Assembly: GCA_025059745.1 (NCBI GenBank)
Contig: JANXDH010000004.1
Span: forward strand, 396,618 to 460,617
Source: Aigarchaeota archaeon
Lineage (GTDB): Archaea > Thermoproteota > Nitrososphaeria_A > Caldarchaeales > Calditenuaceae
Direction: 5' to 3'
Length of the DNA stretch: 64,000 nucleotides
The position numbers and the translations under genes were made by a program. The notes below the pieces were generated by a model. The model saw only the letters and a list, made by a program, of their open reading frames with translations, had not been told where the DNA came from and made no database searches. This document shows, in pieces, positions 36,477 through 45,626 of this stretch. Numbering within the stretch: the first letter of the stretch is position 1; the number at the start of each line of letters is the position of its first letter.

Positions 36477-36939
36477 AGGGAACGTAGTAGTAGTCGACGC
36501 ATCAAACCATAGACTAGGTAGACTCGCCTCCAGGATCGCCAAATTGTTACTGAAAGGGCAGAGGGTAGTTGTTGTAAACGCTGAGAAGGCGGTGATAACT
36601 GGTAACCGGAGTGCCATTTTAGATAGGTACCTTGTGCTAGTTAGACGTACTACCTATGCATCGTTGACCAAGGTGAGGGTCTGGTATCCGAAAAGGCCGG
36701 AGGGGATATTGCGCTATACGGTGGTTCGGATGTTACCTAGAAAGCAGGCGAAAGGACGTGAGGCGCTTAAGAGGCTCCGCGTACACGCAGGGATACCAAG
36801 AGAGTACGAGGGAGTGAAGTTCGTGGTATTTGACGACGCTCTACACAGGCAACCGGTCAATAGGTCTGGAAAACTCATCAAGACCGTTAATCTGAGAGAG
36901 CTCTCCTCTCTGATATCCGGTAAAGAGGTCAACCGGTAG
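36469..36939 (+). CDS. rpl13: 50S ribosomal protein uL13 (L13)
   Basis: 156 aa; VVVDASNHRLGRLASRIAKLLLKGQRVVVVNAEKAVITG. Confidence 0.9.
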   Translation: MGEGNVVVVDASNHRLGRLASRIAKLLLKGQRVVVVNAEKAVITGNRSAILDRYLVLVRRTTYASLTKVRVWYPKRPEGILRYTVVRMLPRKQAKGREALKRLRVHAGIPREYEGVKFVVFDDALHRQPVNRSGKLIKTVNLRELSSLISGKEVNR

Positions 36940-36942
36940 AGC

Positions 36943-37350
36943 ATGGACTCGGAGTCGAACAGCGAGAGGTACATCTATAACCCGATCGTAAAGTTGCTCT
37001 CTAGGGGGAGGCACCACATCAGGGAGGCTGACGTCGTCGTGATACTCTCTGCCCTAGCCTCGATAAACGACCCAAACTTCACGCTGAGAGACCTGGACGT
37101 ATACATACCCGCCAACATGAAGAACGATAGGCGTAGGAGGCGGAGCATCTCCACCCTCCTGGATACCCTAGCGGAGATCGGTTTCCTAGAGAAACCATCG
37201 GAGAGAAAATGGCAAAAGAGAACTCCAACTCTATCAGAGTTCCTCCTCGCGAAGATATTGGAACTATATGAGGGCGAGCGGTCAATGGGTCATCGTGTAC
37301 CGAGGAAGACCGACGAAACGATCCTCAAGTTAGAGAAGCAAAGGAGATAA
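36943..37350 (+). CDS. hypothetical winged-helix-like protein, co-transcribed with rpoD-L18e-L13
   Basis: 135-aa ORF starting 3 nt after the L13 stop; basic patch NDRRRRRS followed by ISTLLDTLAEIGFLEK (wHTH-like recognition helix plus wing); not uS9. Confidence 0.5.
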   Translation: MDSESNSERYIYNPIVKLLSRGRHHIREADVVVILSALASINDPNFTLRDLDVYIPANMKNDRRRRRSISTLLDTLAEIGFLEKPSERKWQKRTPTLSEFLLAKILELYEGERSMGHRVPRKTDETILKLEKQRR

Positions 37351-37378
37351 ACGTTTAAGACGCGGCGGTCTGCTTAGT

Positions 37379-37855
37379 GTGCAGATGAGGTTCAAGGTAA
37401 CGGTCGGTCTGCCGGATAGGCCGGGGACGCTTTTGAGGACACTGGAGCAGATAGCACTCAACGGCGGTAACATAATCTCCATAATCCATAACAGGGAGCG
37501 GATAACGGGTGGATACGTGCCGGTGAACATACAGGTTGACTTCCCGGATCAGGAGTGTCTCGAGAGATCGAAGGTAAGCATCGAGTCGCTGGGGATACCG
37601 GTACTGGGCACCGAGACCCTCGAGAAGAGGGTTGAGACAGTTCTGATCCTCGGTCCCAGTCAAGTCGGTCGGGTGGTCGATACCTTCAACTCTTTAGGCC
37701 TTAAAATAGTTGGCGTCTCCGTCTCGGGATTACCGAGCAGTCCCTGTCTGAAGGTCGTCATGGAGCTGCCCATACAGGGGCGAAAGACCCTACTCGACAG
37801 ATTAGAGGGGGCGGTCTCCTCGCTCGGTGGTTTACTGATAAGGGAGGAGGACTGA
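37379..37855 (+). CDS. ACT-domain amino-acid-binding regulatory protein
   Basis: 158 aa; FKVTVGLPDRPGTLLRTLEQIALNGGNIISI ACT motif; near homoserine dehydrogenase. The start may be the ATG at 37385. Confidence 0.7.
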   Translation: MQMRFKVTVGLPDRPGTLLRTLEQIALNGGNIISIIHNRERITGGYVPVNIQVDFPDQECLERSKVSIESLGIPVLGTETLEKRVETVLILGPSQVGRVVDTFNSLGLKIVGVSVSGLPSSPCLKVVMELPIQGRKTLLDRLEGAVSSLGGLLIREED

Positions 37856-37866
37856 GGGATCGAAGG

Positions 37867-39252
37867 TCAGCCCGCTCCATCTTGGGATCTTGACGCCTCA
37901 AACCTCGAAAGCAATAGGGCGATGTGGAGTATCCCCCTCAGGTAATCGTCTATGCGGAGGTTCTCGTTGGGCGCGTGATACTTTGAGTCCCCTCGGCTGA
38001 CCCCCGCGACCACGCACGGTAACCCCATCACCTCCGTGAAGAGGTACATAGGTCCAGAACCCTGCATCGAGGGTATCAGTACCGGGTCCTTCTCAAACGC
38101 GTCCCTCGCTGAGTCTAAAACTACCCTCACGAACGGTGAGTCGGGATCAGACCTAGCCGCGGGGTAAGAGCCGCCCAGTTGTCTGACCTCAATGTCTCCA
38201 TACCCACTCGTTCTAAGGGTGGATCTGATGGCATCGAGCACTTTCTCTGGCCTCAACCTCGGCACGAGCCTCACGTCGACCTTCGCTATCGCCTTTGCGG
38301 GTAGGACAGTCTTTGAACCCTCACCGGTGTAACCTGAGTACAGGCCGCAGATGTTTATGACCGGCATCATAGTCAACCTCTTCAGGCTCTCCTTCAAGTC
38401 TCCGCGTACCGAGGGTAGTAGTTCCCCAGCGCCCTCCTCGACCTCTCTCGGATCGATATCGGCAGACTCAATGAGCCTGAGGAACTTCTCATCCAATTCG
38501 ACCTCCTTCATCAACTCATCGACCTTAGGCACCCCCTCAGCATCGGCAAGCGTTGAGAGGGCGTTTAAGAGCCTCCATGCGGGGTTCGATGAGACTGCGC
38601 CCCACGACGAGTGCAGGTCACCACCGGGTCTGTTCGCGACCAGCTCGATGTAAACCAACCCTTTTGCGCCCAGCGCTATCACCGGCCTGTCACGGTCATC
38701 TATGTAGCTCATCTCCCACAGACAGGCGTCCGCCTCAAGGACCTCCCTGTAACTCATCACGAGACGCGGGAGGTTAGGACTGCCCACCTCCTCCTCACCC
38801 TCCGCTAACACCTTGACGCCTACTGGGAGCTCACCGAGAACCTCATCGACCAGCTCGGCCGCACATAGTCTGGCGAGGAGGTTACCCTTATTATCCGCGC
38901 TCCCGCGTCCGAAAAGTCTTCCGGCCCTCACGGTCGGTCTGAAGGGCGGTGACTCCCAGAGATCGAGTGGGTCGGCCGGTTGCACGTCGTAATGATTGTA
39001 GAAGAGGACGGTCCCTCTCCCGTAACGTTTAACCTCACCGAAGATCCAAGGATTGGACATGTCTCTCAGAACCCTCGTCTCGAACCCCGTCTCCTCCATC
39101 AGCTCCCTCGTAACGCTCGCAGCGTCCTCTATTCCCTCACCTGTGGCGGAGACCCCGCGAGCCTCGACCAGCCGCTTCAGCCTGTTTAGGTACAGGTCCT
39201 CGTTATCTCTTATTCTCCTCCAGATCCTGTCCCTCAGGTCATGATCGGACAT
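37867..39252 (-). CDS. M20 family metallopeptidase (dipeptidase/deacylase-like)
   Basis: 461 aa; NHYDVQPADP, GRGSADNKGN, EGEEEVGS metal and catalytic motifs. Confidence 0.8.
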   Translation of the reverse strand: MSDHDLRDRIWRRIRDNEDLYLNRLKRLVEARGVSATGEGIEDAASVTRELMEETGFETRVLRDMSNPWIFGEVKRYGRGTVLFYNHYDVQPADPLDLWESPPFRPTVRAGRLFGRGSADNKGNLLARLCAAELVDEVLGELPVGVKVLAEGEEEVGSPNLPRLVMSYREVLEADACLWEMSYIDDRDRPVIALGAKGLVYIELVANRPGGDLHSSWGAVSSNPAWRLLNALSTLADAEGVPKVDELMKEVELDEKFLRLIESADIDPREVEEGAGELLPSVRGDLKESLKRLTMMPVINICGLYSGYTGEGSKTVLPAKAIAKVDVRLVPRLRPEKVLDAIRSTLRTSGYGDIEVRQLGGSYPAARSDPDSPFVRVVLDSARDAFEKDPVLIPSMQGSGPMYLFTEVMGLPCVVAGVSRGDSKYHAPNENLRIDDYLRGILHIALLLSRFEASRSQDGAG

Positions 39253-39372
39253 CTCTATCTACTAGATGACGCGTCTCCCTCCTTTAACTGTTCTTAATAT
39301 GAGACCATTTAAAGGGTTTTAAGATAGAGAGTAGATAAGAGTGAAGACGTCGAGAAAGGAGCAGATCGAAGA

Positions 39373-40347
39373 ATGATGCGGTGCGCGATAGTGGGATATG
39401 GGTTCCTCGGTAGGGCGCTCGTGAAGTCCCTACGGGAGTCGTACGGGGGACGGGTTAAGGTCACGTGTATCGCTAACTCGAGGGGTACGCTGTTCAAAGA
39501 GGGAGGAGTGGACCTCAACCAATTACCCGCGGAATTGTCAGAAGCCGTTGGGTTCAGAGAGGTCTCGCCAATTGACTACCTCGATAAGAGGTGGGTAGAC
39601 GTGCTGGTAGAGCTAACGCCGACCAACGTGATAGACGGTAGACCAGGAATAGATTACATAAGGGCCGCCATGAGAGCAGGGCTCGATGTGGTCACCGCTA
39701 ACAAGGGTCCATTGGCCTTGGCGTTCGATGAGCTGATGAGGGAGGCTGAGGATAAAGGCGTCCTGCTTAGGTACGAGGCTACCGTGGGTGGAGGTATACC
39801 AGTCTTCACGTTACATCGCTATTACCTCAAGAGTGATAAGCTGATATCAATAAGAGGGATACTGAACGGCACCTCCAACTACATACTGACCAGGATGCAC
39901 TTCGAGGGGATGCCCATGGACCTAGCGCTAGAGGAGGCGAGGATGCTGGGTATAGCCGAGAGGGACTCGAAACTGGACACGGAGGGGATAGATACCGCGA
40001 TCAAATCGGTCATCCTGGCTAATAGTCTCCTGCAGGCGAAGAAGAGGCTGAGTGACGTCAAGATCACGGGGATAAACTCGATAACCCTCGACGCGATCCA
40101 TGCGGCAAAGGAGATGGGGATGACTATCAAACTCATGGGCCTCGTTGAGGACGGAAAGATATCTGTCGAGCCGAGGCTCATAAGGTTGAATCACCCCCTA
40201 TGCGTGCACGGTACGTTGAACGCGATCGATATAATCGCAGAGAATCTGGGCAGCCTTACCCTCATAGGGCACGGCGCCGGGAAGAGCACCGTCACGGCCC
40301 TCTTGAGCGACCTCAACGATATAGCTAGGTTAAAGTACATTGATTGA
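39373..40347 (+). CDS. hom: homoserine dehydrogenase
   Basis: 324 aa; IVGYGFLG, VVTANKGPLA, GILNGTSNYILT. Confidence 0.85.
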   Translation: MMRCAIVGYGFLGRALVKSLRESYGGRVKVTCIANSRGTLFKEGGVDLNQLPAELSEAVGFREVSPIDYLDKRWVDVLVELTPTNVIDGRPGIDYIRAAMRAGLDVVTANKGPLALAFDELMREAEDKGVLLRYEATVGGGIPVFTLHRYYLKSDKLISIRGILNGTSNYILTRMHFEGMPMDLALEEARMLGIAERDSKLDTEGIDTAIKSVILANSLLQAKKRLSDVKITGINSITLDAIHAAKEMGMTIKLMGLVEDGKISVEPRLIRLNHPLCVHGTLNAIDIIAENLGSLTLIGHGAGKSTVTALLSDLNDIARLKYID

Positions 40348-41112
40348 TAGCTCGGAGAACCTCACCATCACTAATGCAAACAGTATGACGGTAGCTGAGC
40401 CCATCGTCAGTGCATCCCTCCTCCCGAACTTCAACGTCCTATAACTCGTCCTCTTCTCGTTCGCACCGAAACACTTAACCTCTAAGGCCTCCGCCAGCTC
40501 ATAGGACCTCCTGAGAGCGTTGACTATCAGCGGTATGAAGACGGCGAAGAGCGACCTCAACCTCCTTATCGGGTTTCCCCTCTCGAACTCAACCCCCCTC
40601 GACCTCTGTGCGTCGATTATCATCTGCACCTCATCAGCCAGCAGGGGAGCGAACTTGATGGCCATGACCAACGTGAAGGTGTAGAGGGGGGGTACCCTGA
40701 GGTGCTGTAGCGTCAACCCGACCTCGTCCGGTGAAGTCGTGAGGAAGAAGAGCGTGAACGACGAGATAAACGCGATGAACCTGACCGCGTACGCCACTGT
40801 CGAGTAGACCAAGTGACTCGGATCGACCAGCGTTATGGATAACAGTTGTATTATCACCACTAGCATCACTATCGGTAATCCCCCCCTCAAGGTATACAGG
40901 AATGGCCTGAGGACCTTACCAGTTGAGAGTAGCACTCCGATGAAGCATATGATCGAGACGCTCATCACCAATATCCCCCTGTACAGCTCGTTATAGAGGA
41001 GAGCTAAGGCGAGAAGGTATATCGAGATCGATAGTTTGACGCGTGGGTCGAGCCTATGTAGCCACGTCCCCAAGTCGCGGTACTTCAGGCCCTGAATGAT
41101 GGAGAGGCTCAC
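40330..41112 (-). CDS. ecfT: ECF transporter transmembrane (T) component, CbiQ/EcfT family
   Basis: 260 aa polytopic; conserved IIDAQRSRG motif; downstream of two ABC ATPases. Confidence 0.75.
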   Translation of the reverse strand: MSLSIIQGLKYRDLGTWLHRLDPRVKLSISIYLLALALLYNELYRGILVMSVSIICFIGVLLSTGKVLRPFLYTLRGGLPIVMLVVIIQLLSITLVDPSHLVYSTVAYAVRFIAFISSFTLFFLTTSPDEVGLTLQHLRVPPLYTFTLVMAIKFAPLLADEVQMIIDAQRSRGVEFERGNPIRRLRSLFAVFIPLIVNALRRSYELAEALEVKCFGANEKRTSYRTLKFGRRDALTMGSATVILFALVMVRFSELSINVL

Positions 41113-41118
41113 GTGACC

Positions 41119-41937
41119 TCACCCCCTCGAGAATAGACGAACGATCTCTCTCGCACCCTCCTCCACGCCCAGTAACTTGAAGTTGACCCCTGACTTGGGT
41201 ATGGATCTCAGAAGCTGCGGCACCTGCGGCATCACTAAGGAGGCTCGCTTCAGGAGCTCCTCATCGGTCAGGACGTCCCTCGCACTACCGTCAGCTATTA
41301 CTCTACCCCTCGAGACCAAGATCACCCTGGGTCTGAGATCAGCCACGAACTCGACGTCGTGAGTCGATATCACGATCGTTTTCCCCTCATTAGCGAACTC
41401 ATTCAGCAGCTGGACGAGCAACCTCCTGTAGGTCACGTCCTGGCCTACGGTCGGTTCATCTATCAGTAGGTACTTCGGGTTCCACGCGGCTACTATTGCG
41501 ATCGAGAGTCTCTTCTTCTCGCCCCCGCTCAACGTGAACGGCGACCTATCGCGGTACCTCTCCAATCCGAAGAAACGAAGTACCTCGCTCACCCGCTCCT
41601 CAACCTCCTTTGGAGTGTAACCGAACTTGCGTAACGCGAAGGCGACCTCATCGTAGACCGTCTGTAGGAAGAACATGTTGTCCGGAGACTGGAATATGAC
41701 ACCGACTTTCCTCGACAGCTCGGCCACCGTCGCGTTCTTAGTGTCTGTACCGTCTACGACGACCCTCCCCCTCTGGGGCTTCAGTAGACCGTTAGCGTGC
41801 CTGATGATGGTAGTCTTCCCCGCACCGTTCTCCCCCATCAGGGATACTATCTCCCCCTCTCCTATGGTAAAGGTAACTCCATCCAATGCTCTAATGGTCC
41901 CGTGGTAGCTGAAGTGAACGTCCGTGAACTCTATCAA
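41119..41937 (-). CDS. ecfA2: ECF/ABC transporter ATP-binding protein
   Basis: 272 aa; Walker A GENGAGKTT, signature LSGGEKKR, Walker B LLIDEPT. Confidence 0.9.
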   Translation of the reverse strand: MIEFTDVHFSYHGTIRALDGVTFTIGEGEIVSLMGENGAGKTTIIRHANGLLKPQRGRVVVDGTDTKNATVAELSRKVGVIFQSPDNMFFLQTVYDEVAFALRKFGYTPKEVEERVSEVLRFFGLERYRDRSPFTLSGGEKKRLSIAIVAAWNPKYLLIDEPTVGQDVTYRRLLVQLLNEFANEGKTIVISTHDVEFVADLRPRVILVSRGRVIADGSARDVLTDEELLKRASLVMPQVPQLLRSIPKSGVNFKLLGVEEGAREIVRLFSRG

Positions 41938-42776
41938 TCGCTACACCCTATTTCACTGAGGGCATCTACGAGGTCGCGTACCTCCAGGTATATTGAAGAG
42001 TTCAGGTACTCACTGAGGAGGGCAGAGAGCTGCGATACCTTGGGGACGTTTATGGCGTAGTTGAACCTAATTGCCCTCTCGATCACCTCGCGTGGGTGCC
42101 CCTCATCTATTACGGTGCCGTTATCCATTACTACCATTTTATCCGCTATCGGGGCCAGCAGTTCGGTCTTATGCTCGGCTATCATCACGGTGAGTTCATC
42201 TCTTCTACGCAACTCTACCAAGGTCTCGATGAGGGATCGAGCAGAGAGTGGATCGAGCGAGGAAGTCGGTTCGTCCAACAGCAGTATCTTGGGTGAGAGG
42301 GCAAGTATCGAGGCGATGGCAACCTTCTGCTTCTGTCCTCCCGAGAGTTCAAAGGTCGACCTCTTCCGCAACTCCGAGATACCGACCCTTTCCAACGCTT
42401 CTCTGACCCTCTTCTCGATATCGTCGCGCTGTAGTCCTAGGTTCTCCAAGGAGAATGCTACATCCCCCTCAACCGATAGGGCGAAGAGCTGGTTATCCGG
42501 ATTTTGGAACACCGTACCGACGTGCTTGGACATCACTCGGGTGGGCGTAACTGCCGGGTTGAGACCGAGAACGCGGACCTCGCCCTCGTATTGACCTCCG
42601 TACATCTGTGGTATGAGGCCGTTGATGCATCTGATGAGCGAGGACTTACCGCACCCCGATGGCCCGGTCAACAGCACTATCTCTCCTTCATCCACATTCA
42701 GGTTGAGATCGAGGAGCGCGTAATCGCTCTGGCCGGGGTACCTGTAACTCAGATTACGAACCTCTATTGCCCTCAT
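41934..42776 (-). CDS. ecfA1: ECF/ABC transporter ATP-binding protein
   Basis: 280 aa; Walker A GPSGCGKSS, signature LSGGQKQK, Walker B LLLDEPT; 4-nt overlap with ecfA2. Confidence 0.9.
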   Translation of the reverse strand: MRAIEVRNLSYRYPGQSDYALLDLNLNVDEGEIVLLTGPSGCGKSSLIRCINGLIPQMYGGQYEGEVRVLGLNPAVTPTRVMSKHVGTVFQNPDNQLFALSVEGDVAFSLENLGLQRDDIEKRVREALERVGISELRKRSTFELSGGQKQKVAIASILALSPKILLLDEPTSSLDPLSARSLIETLVELRRRDELTVMIAEHKTELLAPIADKMVVMDNGTVIDEGHPREVIERAIRFNYAINVPKVSQLSALLSEYLNSSIYLEVRDLVDALSEIGCSD

Positions 42777-43787
42777 TCACTCCTCTACTCTCTTCAGGAC
42801 GGTCCCGAGCTTGGTTGCGATCTTGTTGAGACACAACTCTATCACCTTATCGGAGTTACCCCTGAACTGCGCCCTACCGGCCGTTGCGTGACCCCCGCTC
42901 CTCCCACCGACCTTGGCAGCGAGCTCGTTGAACACGTCAGTGAGTAGATTGATGTTATATTTGGTGAGCACGTCCTGGGATGCCCTGAAGGTCACATCGA
43001 TCTCCCCCTCCTCCTCATGAGTGGCTATACCGACGTGGGCGCCTAGTGTTAACAGGGACCGGGCTACGGACGGTCTGAAGGCACTGACCCTCGTCACGGC
43101 GATTATCATGTCGTCCGCCCTGAATATTTCGGCCCTCTTTGCACCCTTCAGCCTCGCAATCCTCTCCGATATGTCAATTGGCGTCTCTATGTGTGGTAAC
43201 AGGTCCTTCGGGGACGCCATGTACTCGCCCAGCCTGCCTAACTTAGAGAGTACCTCTGAGTCCGCCAAGAAGAGTCTGACCGTATCGTAGTATATGCCCG
43301 CGAATAGCGCAGTAGCCTCCCGTTCTGATAGTCTGAAGTCAGTTGCAATCGCGAGGTCGAGCACTATCTCCGAGGTGGCCTTGTAACTGATGGAGGAGAA
43401 GACCTTGACGTCCGGAGCGTCCCACTCAGACCGCACGTGGTGGTCAATCACTATCAGGTTTCCACGGTGAATTAAATCTGAGAGGGGACCGAGTTGCGAG
43501 GGTGATCCGACGTCTGAAGCGACACACGCATCAACGTTCTTAGGCGCCTCAGTGGTGAACCCGATCCCCAGCACGCTACAGAAGCGCTCGCTGTGGTCAC
43601 TGACCCTCTCCGGGATAACGATGAGAGAATCGGCAGAGCTAAAGACTTCCTTCACGAGTCGCGATAACACCATACAGGAGGCTATTCCGTCCGGGTCTCC
43701 ACCGGCATGGGTGATGAGGGCGACCCTCTTCCCTCTCAGTGCTTCGAGTTCTCGTGTTATTTGTGAGATCAGTGATTGGTCCCGCAT
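42777..43787 (-). CDS. DHH/DHHA1 family phosphoesterase (NrnA-like)
   Basis: 336 aa; THAGGDPDGIAS, ASDVG, IDHHV, GGRSGGHATAG; its stop abuts the ecfA1 start with zero gap. Confidence 0.8.
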   Translation of the reverse strand: MRDQSLISQITRELEALRGKRVALITHAGGDPDGIASCMVLSRLVKEVFSSADSLIVIPERVSDHSERFCSVLGIGFTTEAPKNVDACVASDVGSPSQLGPLSDLIHRGNLIVIDHHVRSEWDAPDVKVFSSISYKATSEIVLDLAIATDFRLSEREATALFAGIYYDTVRLFLADSEVLSKLGRLGEYMASPKDLLPHIETPIDISERIARLKGAKRAEIFRADDMIIAVTRVSAFRPSVARSLLTLGAHVGIATHEEEGEIDVTFRASQDVLTKYNINLLTDVFNELAAKVGGRSGGHATAGRAQFRGNSDKVIELCLNKIATKLGTVLKRVEE

Positions 43788-43839
43788 CTATTAGCGTATT
43801 TCACCAGCACCATTTATATCCTATTTGTCGAAGGTTAAC

Positions 43840-44208
43840 TCAGGAGGGAGGTTTCTGTAGCTCTCCCAGTTGAGCCTGCAACTCCTTCTGCAGACCCTCC
43901 ATCTGAGCTCTCGTCCGGCCCTCCTGCTTCTCCAAGACCTTTATCCTTGTCTCATCGAGCTCCCTCTTCTCGTTCAACTCCGATAGAAGCCTCTCCTTGG
44001 ACGTCTGGACCATCACGGGACCGACAGACTTGTAGACTACCGCGTTATCACCGCTCTTGTTCAACTCCTCTATCGCCATGTTTATCTCCTCGAGCTCTGC
44101 TTGGAGCCTCTGTTTCTCCGCTATCAGGACGCTCAAAGTTTGTTGAAGCTGTTGCAACCTAGCGACGCGCTCTTGAACGCTTGCCGGGATCTCCCCGCTC
44201 ACTGTCAA
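43840..44208 (-). CDS. pfdB: prefoldin subunit beta
   Basis: 122 aa; two coiled-coil arms around VYKSVGPVMVQTSKE; end of the exosome superoperon. Confidence 0.8.
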   Translation of the reverse strand: MTVSGEIPASVQERVARLQQLQQTLSVLIAEKQRLQAELEEINMAIEELNKSGDNAVVYKSVGPVMVQTSKERLLSELNEKRELDETRIKVLEKQEGRTRAQMEGLQKELQAQLGELQKPPS

Positions 44209-44274
44209 CTTTACTCACCACTCATTATCAGACGTCTAAGGTATAAAGTTTATCAAACCAATTTTTCAGACGTA

Positions 44275-44550
44275 CTACCTGACCAGGTCGAGGGTGCTCC
44301 TGATCGCTAGCAACCACCTGAGGAATGAGTTACAGGCCGCGCGGAGCGAGGTCACATCACTGGCCTGAATTCTGAGTAGAATCGAGTCAGCCTCTCTGCT
44401 CAAAGTCACGCTCACGCGGCGCGTCCTGAGGTCACTCGCCTCTATCGATAGAGCCCTGTAAATCTCATCGAGATGGGGTGACTCGATACTCATCTCTATG
44501 TTCGATCTGTGGGAGGCCAACCCAATTATTCGGAGTGGGCCGGAGACCAT
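44275..44550 (-). CDS. pcc1: KEOPS subunit Pcc1
   Basis: ORF 44275-44577. NIEMSIESPHLDEIYRAL...ILLRIQASDVTSLRAACNSFLRWL matches the Pcc1 pattern as I recall it (not aligned). The Met at 44550 is preferred, but the start is uncertain. Confidence 0.65.
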   Translation of the reverse strand: MVSGPLRIIGLASHRSNIEMSIESPHLDEIYRALSIEASDLRTRRVSVTLSREADSILLRIQASDVTSLRAACNSFLRWLLAIRSTLDLVR

Positions 44551-44747
44551 GCTGCACCCGCGAACTTCTCTCCACACTTCTTACACTCCCAGATCCCCAA
44601 CGCGACCCTCCTAACGCCGATCTTTCCGCACCGCTCGCACTTGTAGATGGCGTACTGGGATTGCTCGATCTCGCTGACTACCTTCCTCAACCTCGCCCCG
44701 TATCTTGCGCCGAACCTAGTATCGGTCCTCCTCTTTCCAGCGCGCAT
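44526..44747 (-). CDS. rpl37ae: 50S ribosomal protein eL43 (L37Ae)
   Basis: 73 aa; GARYGARLRK plus zinc ribbon CERCG...CKKCG. Confidence 0.9.
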   Translation of the reverse strand: MRAGKRRTDTRFGARYGARLRKVVSEIEQSQYAIYKCERCGKIGVRRVALGIWECKKCGEKFAGAAWSPAHSE

Positions 44748-44789
44748 ACCGAGATCACTGAGGCCGACTGATATAATAGCCTATGGATG

Positions 44790-45626
44790 TCATTCGGCAC
44801 TCGCGGCATACGTCTTGAGCGACTCGAGGAGCTGCGACCTCAACTCAATGCTGCACTTCCTAGAGATCTCCAAGAGCTCCTCCAAAGCTTGGATGGGTAT
44901 AGTTCCGGGTCTGTTCTTCTGAATGGCAGCCACCTCGTCCTCATCGCCCCACCCCACTACTATCGAGGTGTCCAAGGCACTCTCCTCGAAAGCCGTCGGA
45001 TCCACCAGGAACTTATCGTTTAATACGCCCATCGTCACCGATACGGGGAACTTCCTCATCGGTATGCTGACCTGATCGTCACCTGCCTTCTTCACCACCC
45101 CGTTCTGGACCTCATACCTCGGTATCTTAGCAGTGGCTAACGCTGCAACAGACGCTAGGACCGCTGGGTCGAAGTAATTTCCGTCGTAGTCGAGGACGTA
45201 GACGTCAAGGTATATCGAAGCCACCCTCTGACCGGGTATGTAACAGAGCACCTCGTTCTCTAGCTCGATCGCCTTGGACTCTCTTATGCACCTGTCTACC
45301 ACCCTAGCGAGCTCGATCGCGTTCTCGTCTGGAGGACCCGGTTCGAAAGTCTTGTACGCGAGGGGCAGCAGTTCAGCGCTGACTGTGAGTGTAGCTTGAT
45401 TGGGGTTATCTGGATAAGGCGTCCCCACGTCGACCTTAATGCCGACGAGTATCTTTGTACCACCCATCGAGACCAAGGCAGACGCGGAGGCCTTCTCTAT
45501 GAGGTTCACCGATATGTTGACCTTTCTGAACTCAAGAGGTCTCCTACGGTCCATCCTCTTTCCCTGCTTTAGCAACTCGTAGATTTTGTCGTGTATCAAC
45601 CTGCTAGGGTATTGAGTCTGGAACAT
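44790..45626 (-). CDS. rrp42: exosome complex component Rrp42
   Basis: 278 aa RNase PH-like; GKRMDRRRPLEFR...SALVSMGGTKILVGIK. Confidence 0.85.
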   Translation of the reverse strand: MFQTQYPSRLIHDKIYELLKQGKRMDRRRPLEFRKVNISVNLIEKASASALVSMGGTKILVGIKVDVGTPYPDNPNQATLTVSAELLPLAYKTFEPGPPDENAIELARVVDRCIRESKAIELENEVLCYIPGQRVASIYLDVYVLDYDGNYFDPAVLASVAALATAKIPRYEVQNGVVKKAGDDQVSIPMRKFPVSVTMGVLNDKFLVDPTAFEESALDTSIVVGWGDEDEVAAIQKNRPGTIPIQALEELLEISRKCSIELRSQLLESLKTYAASAE

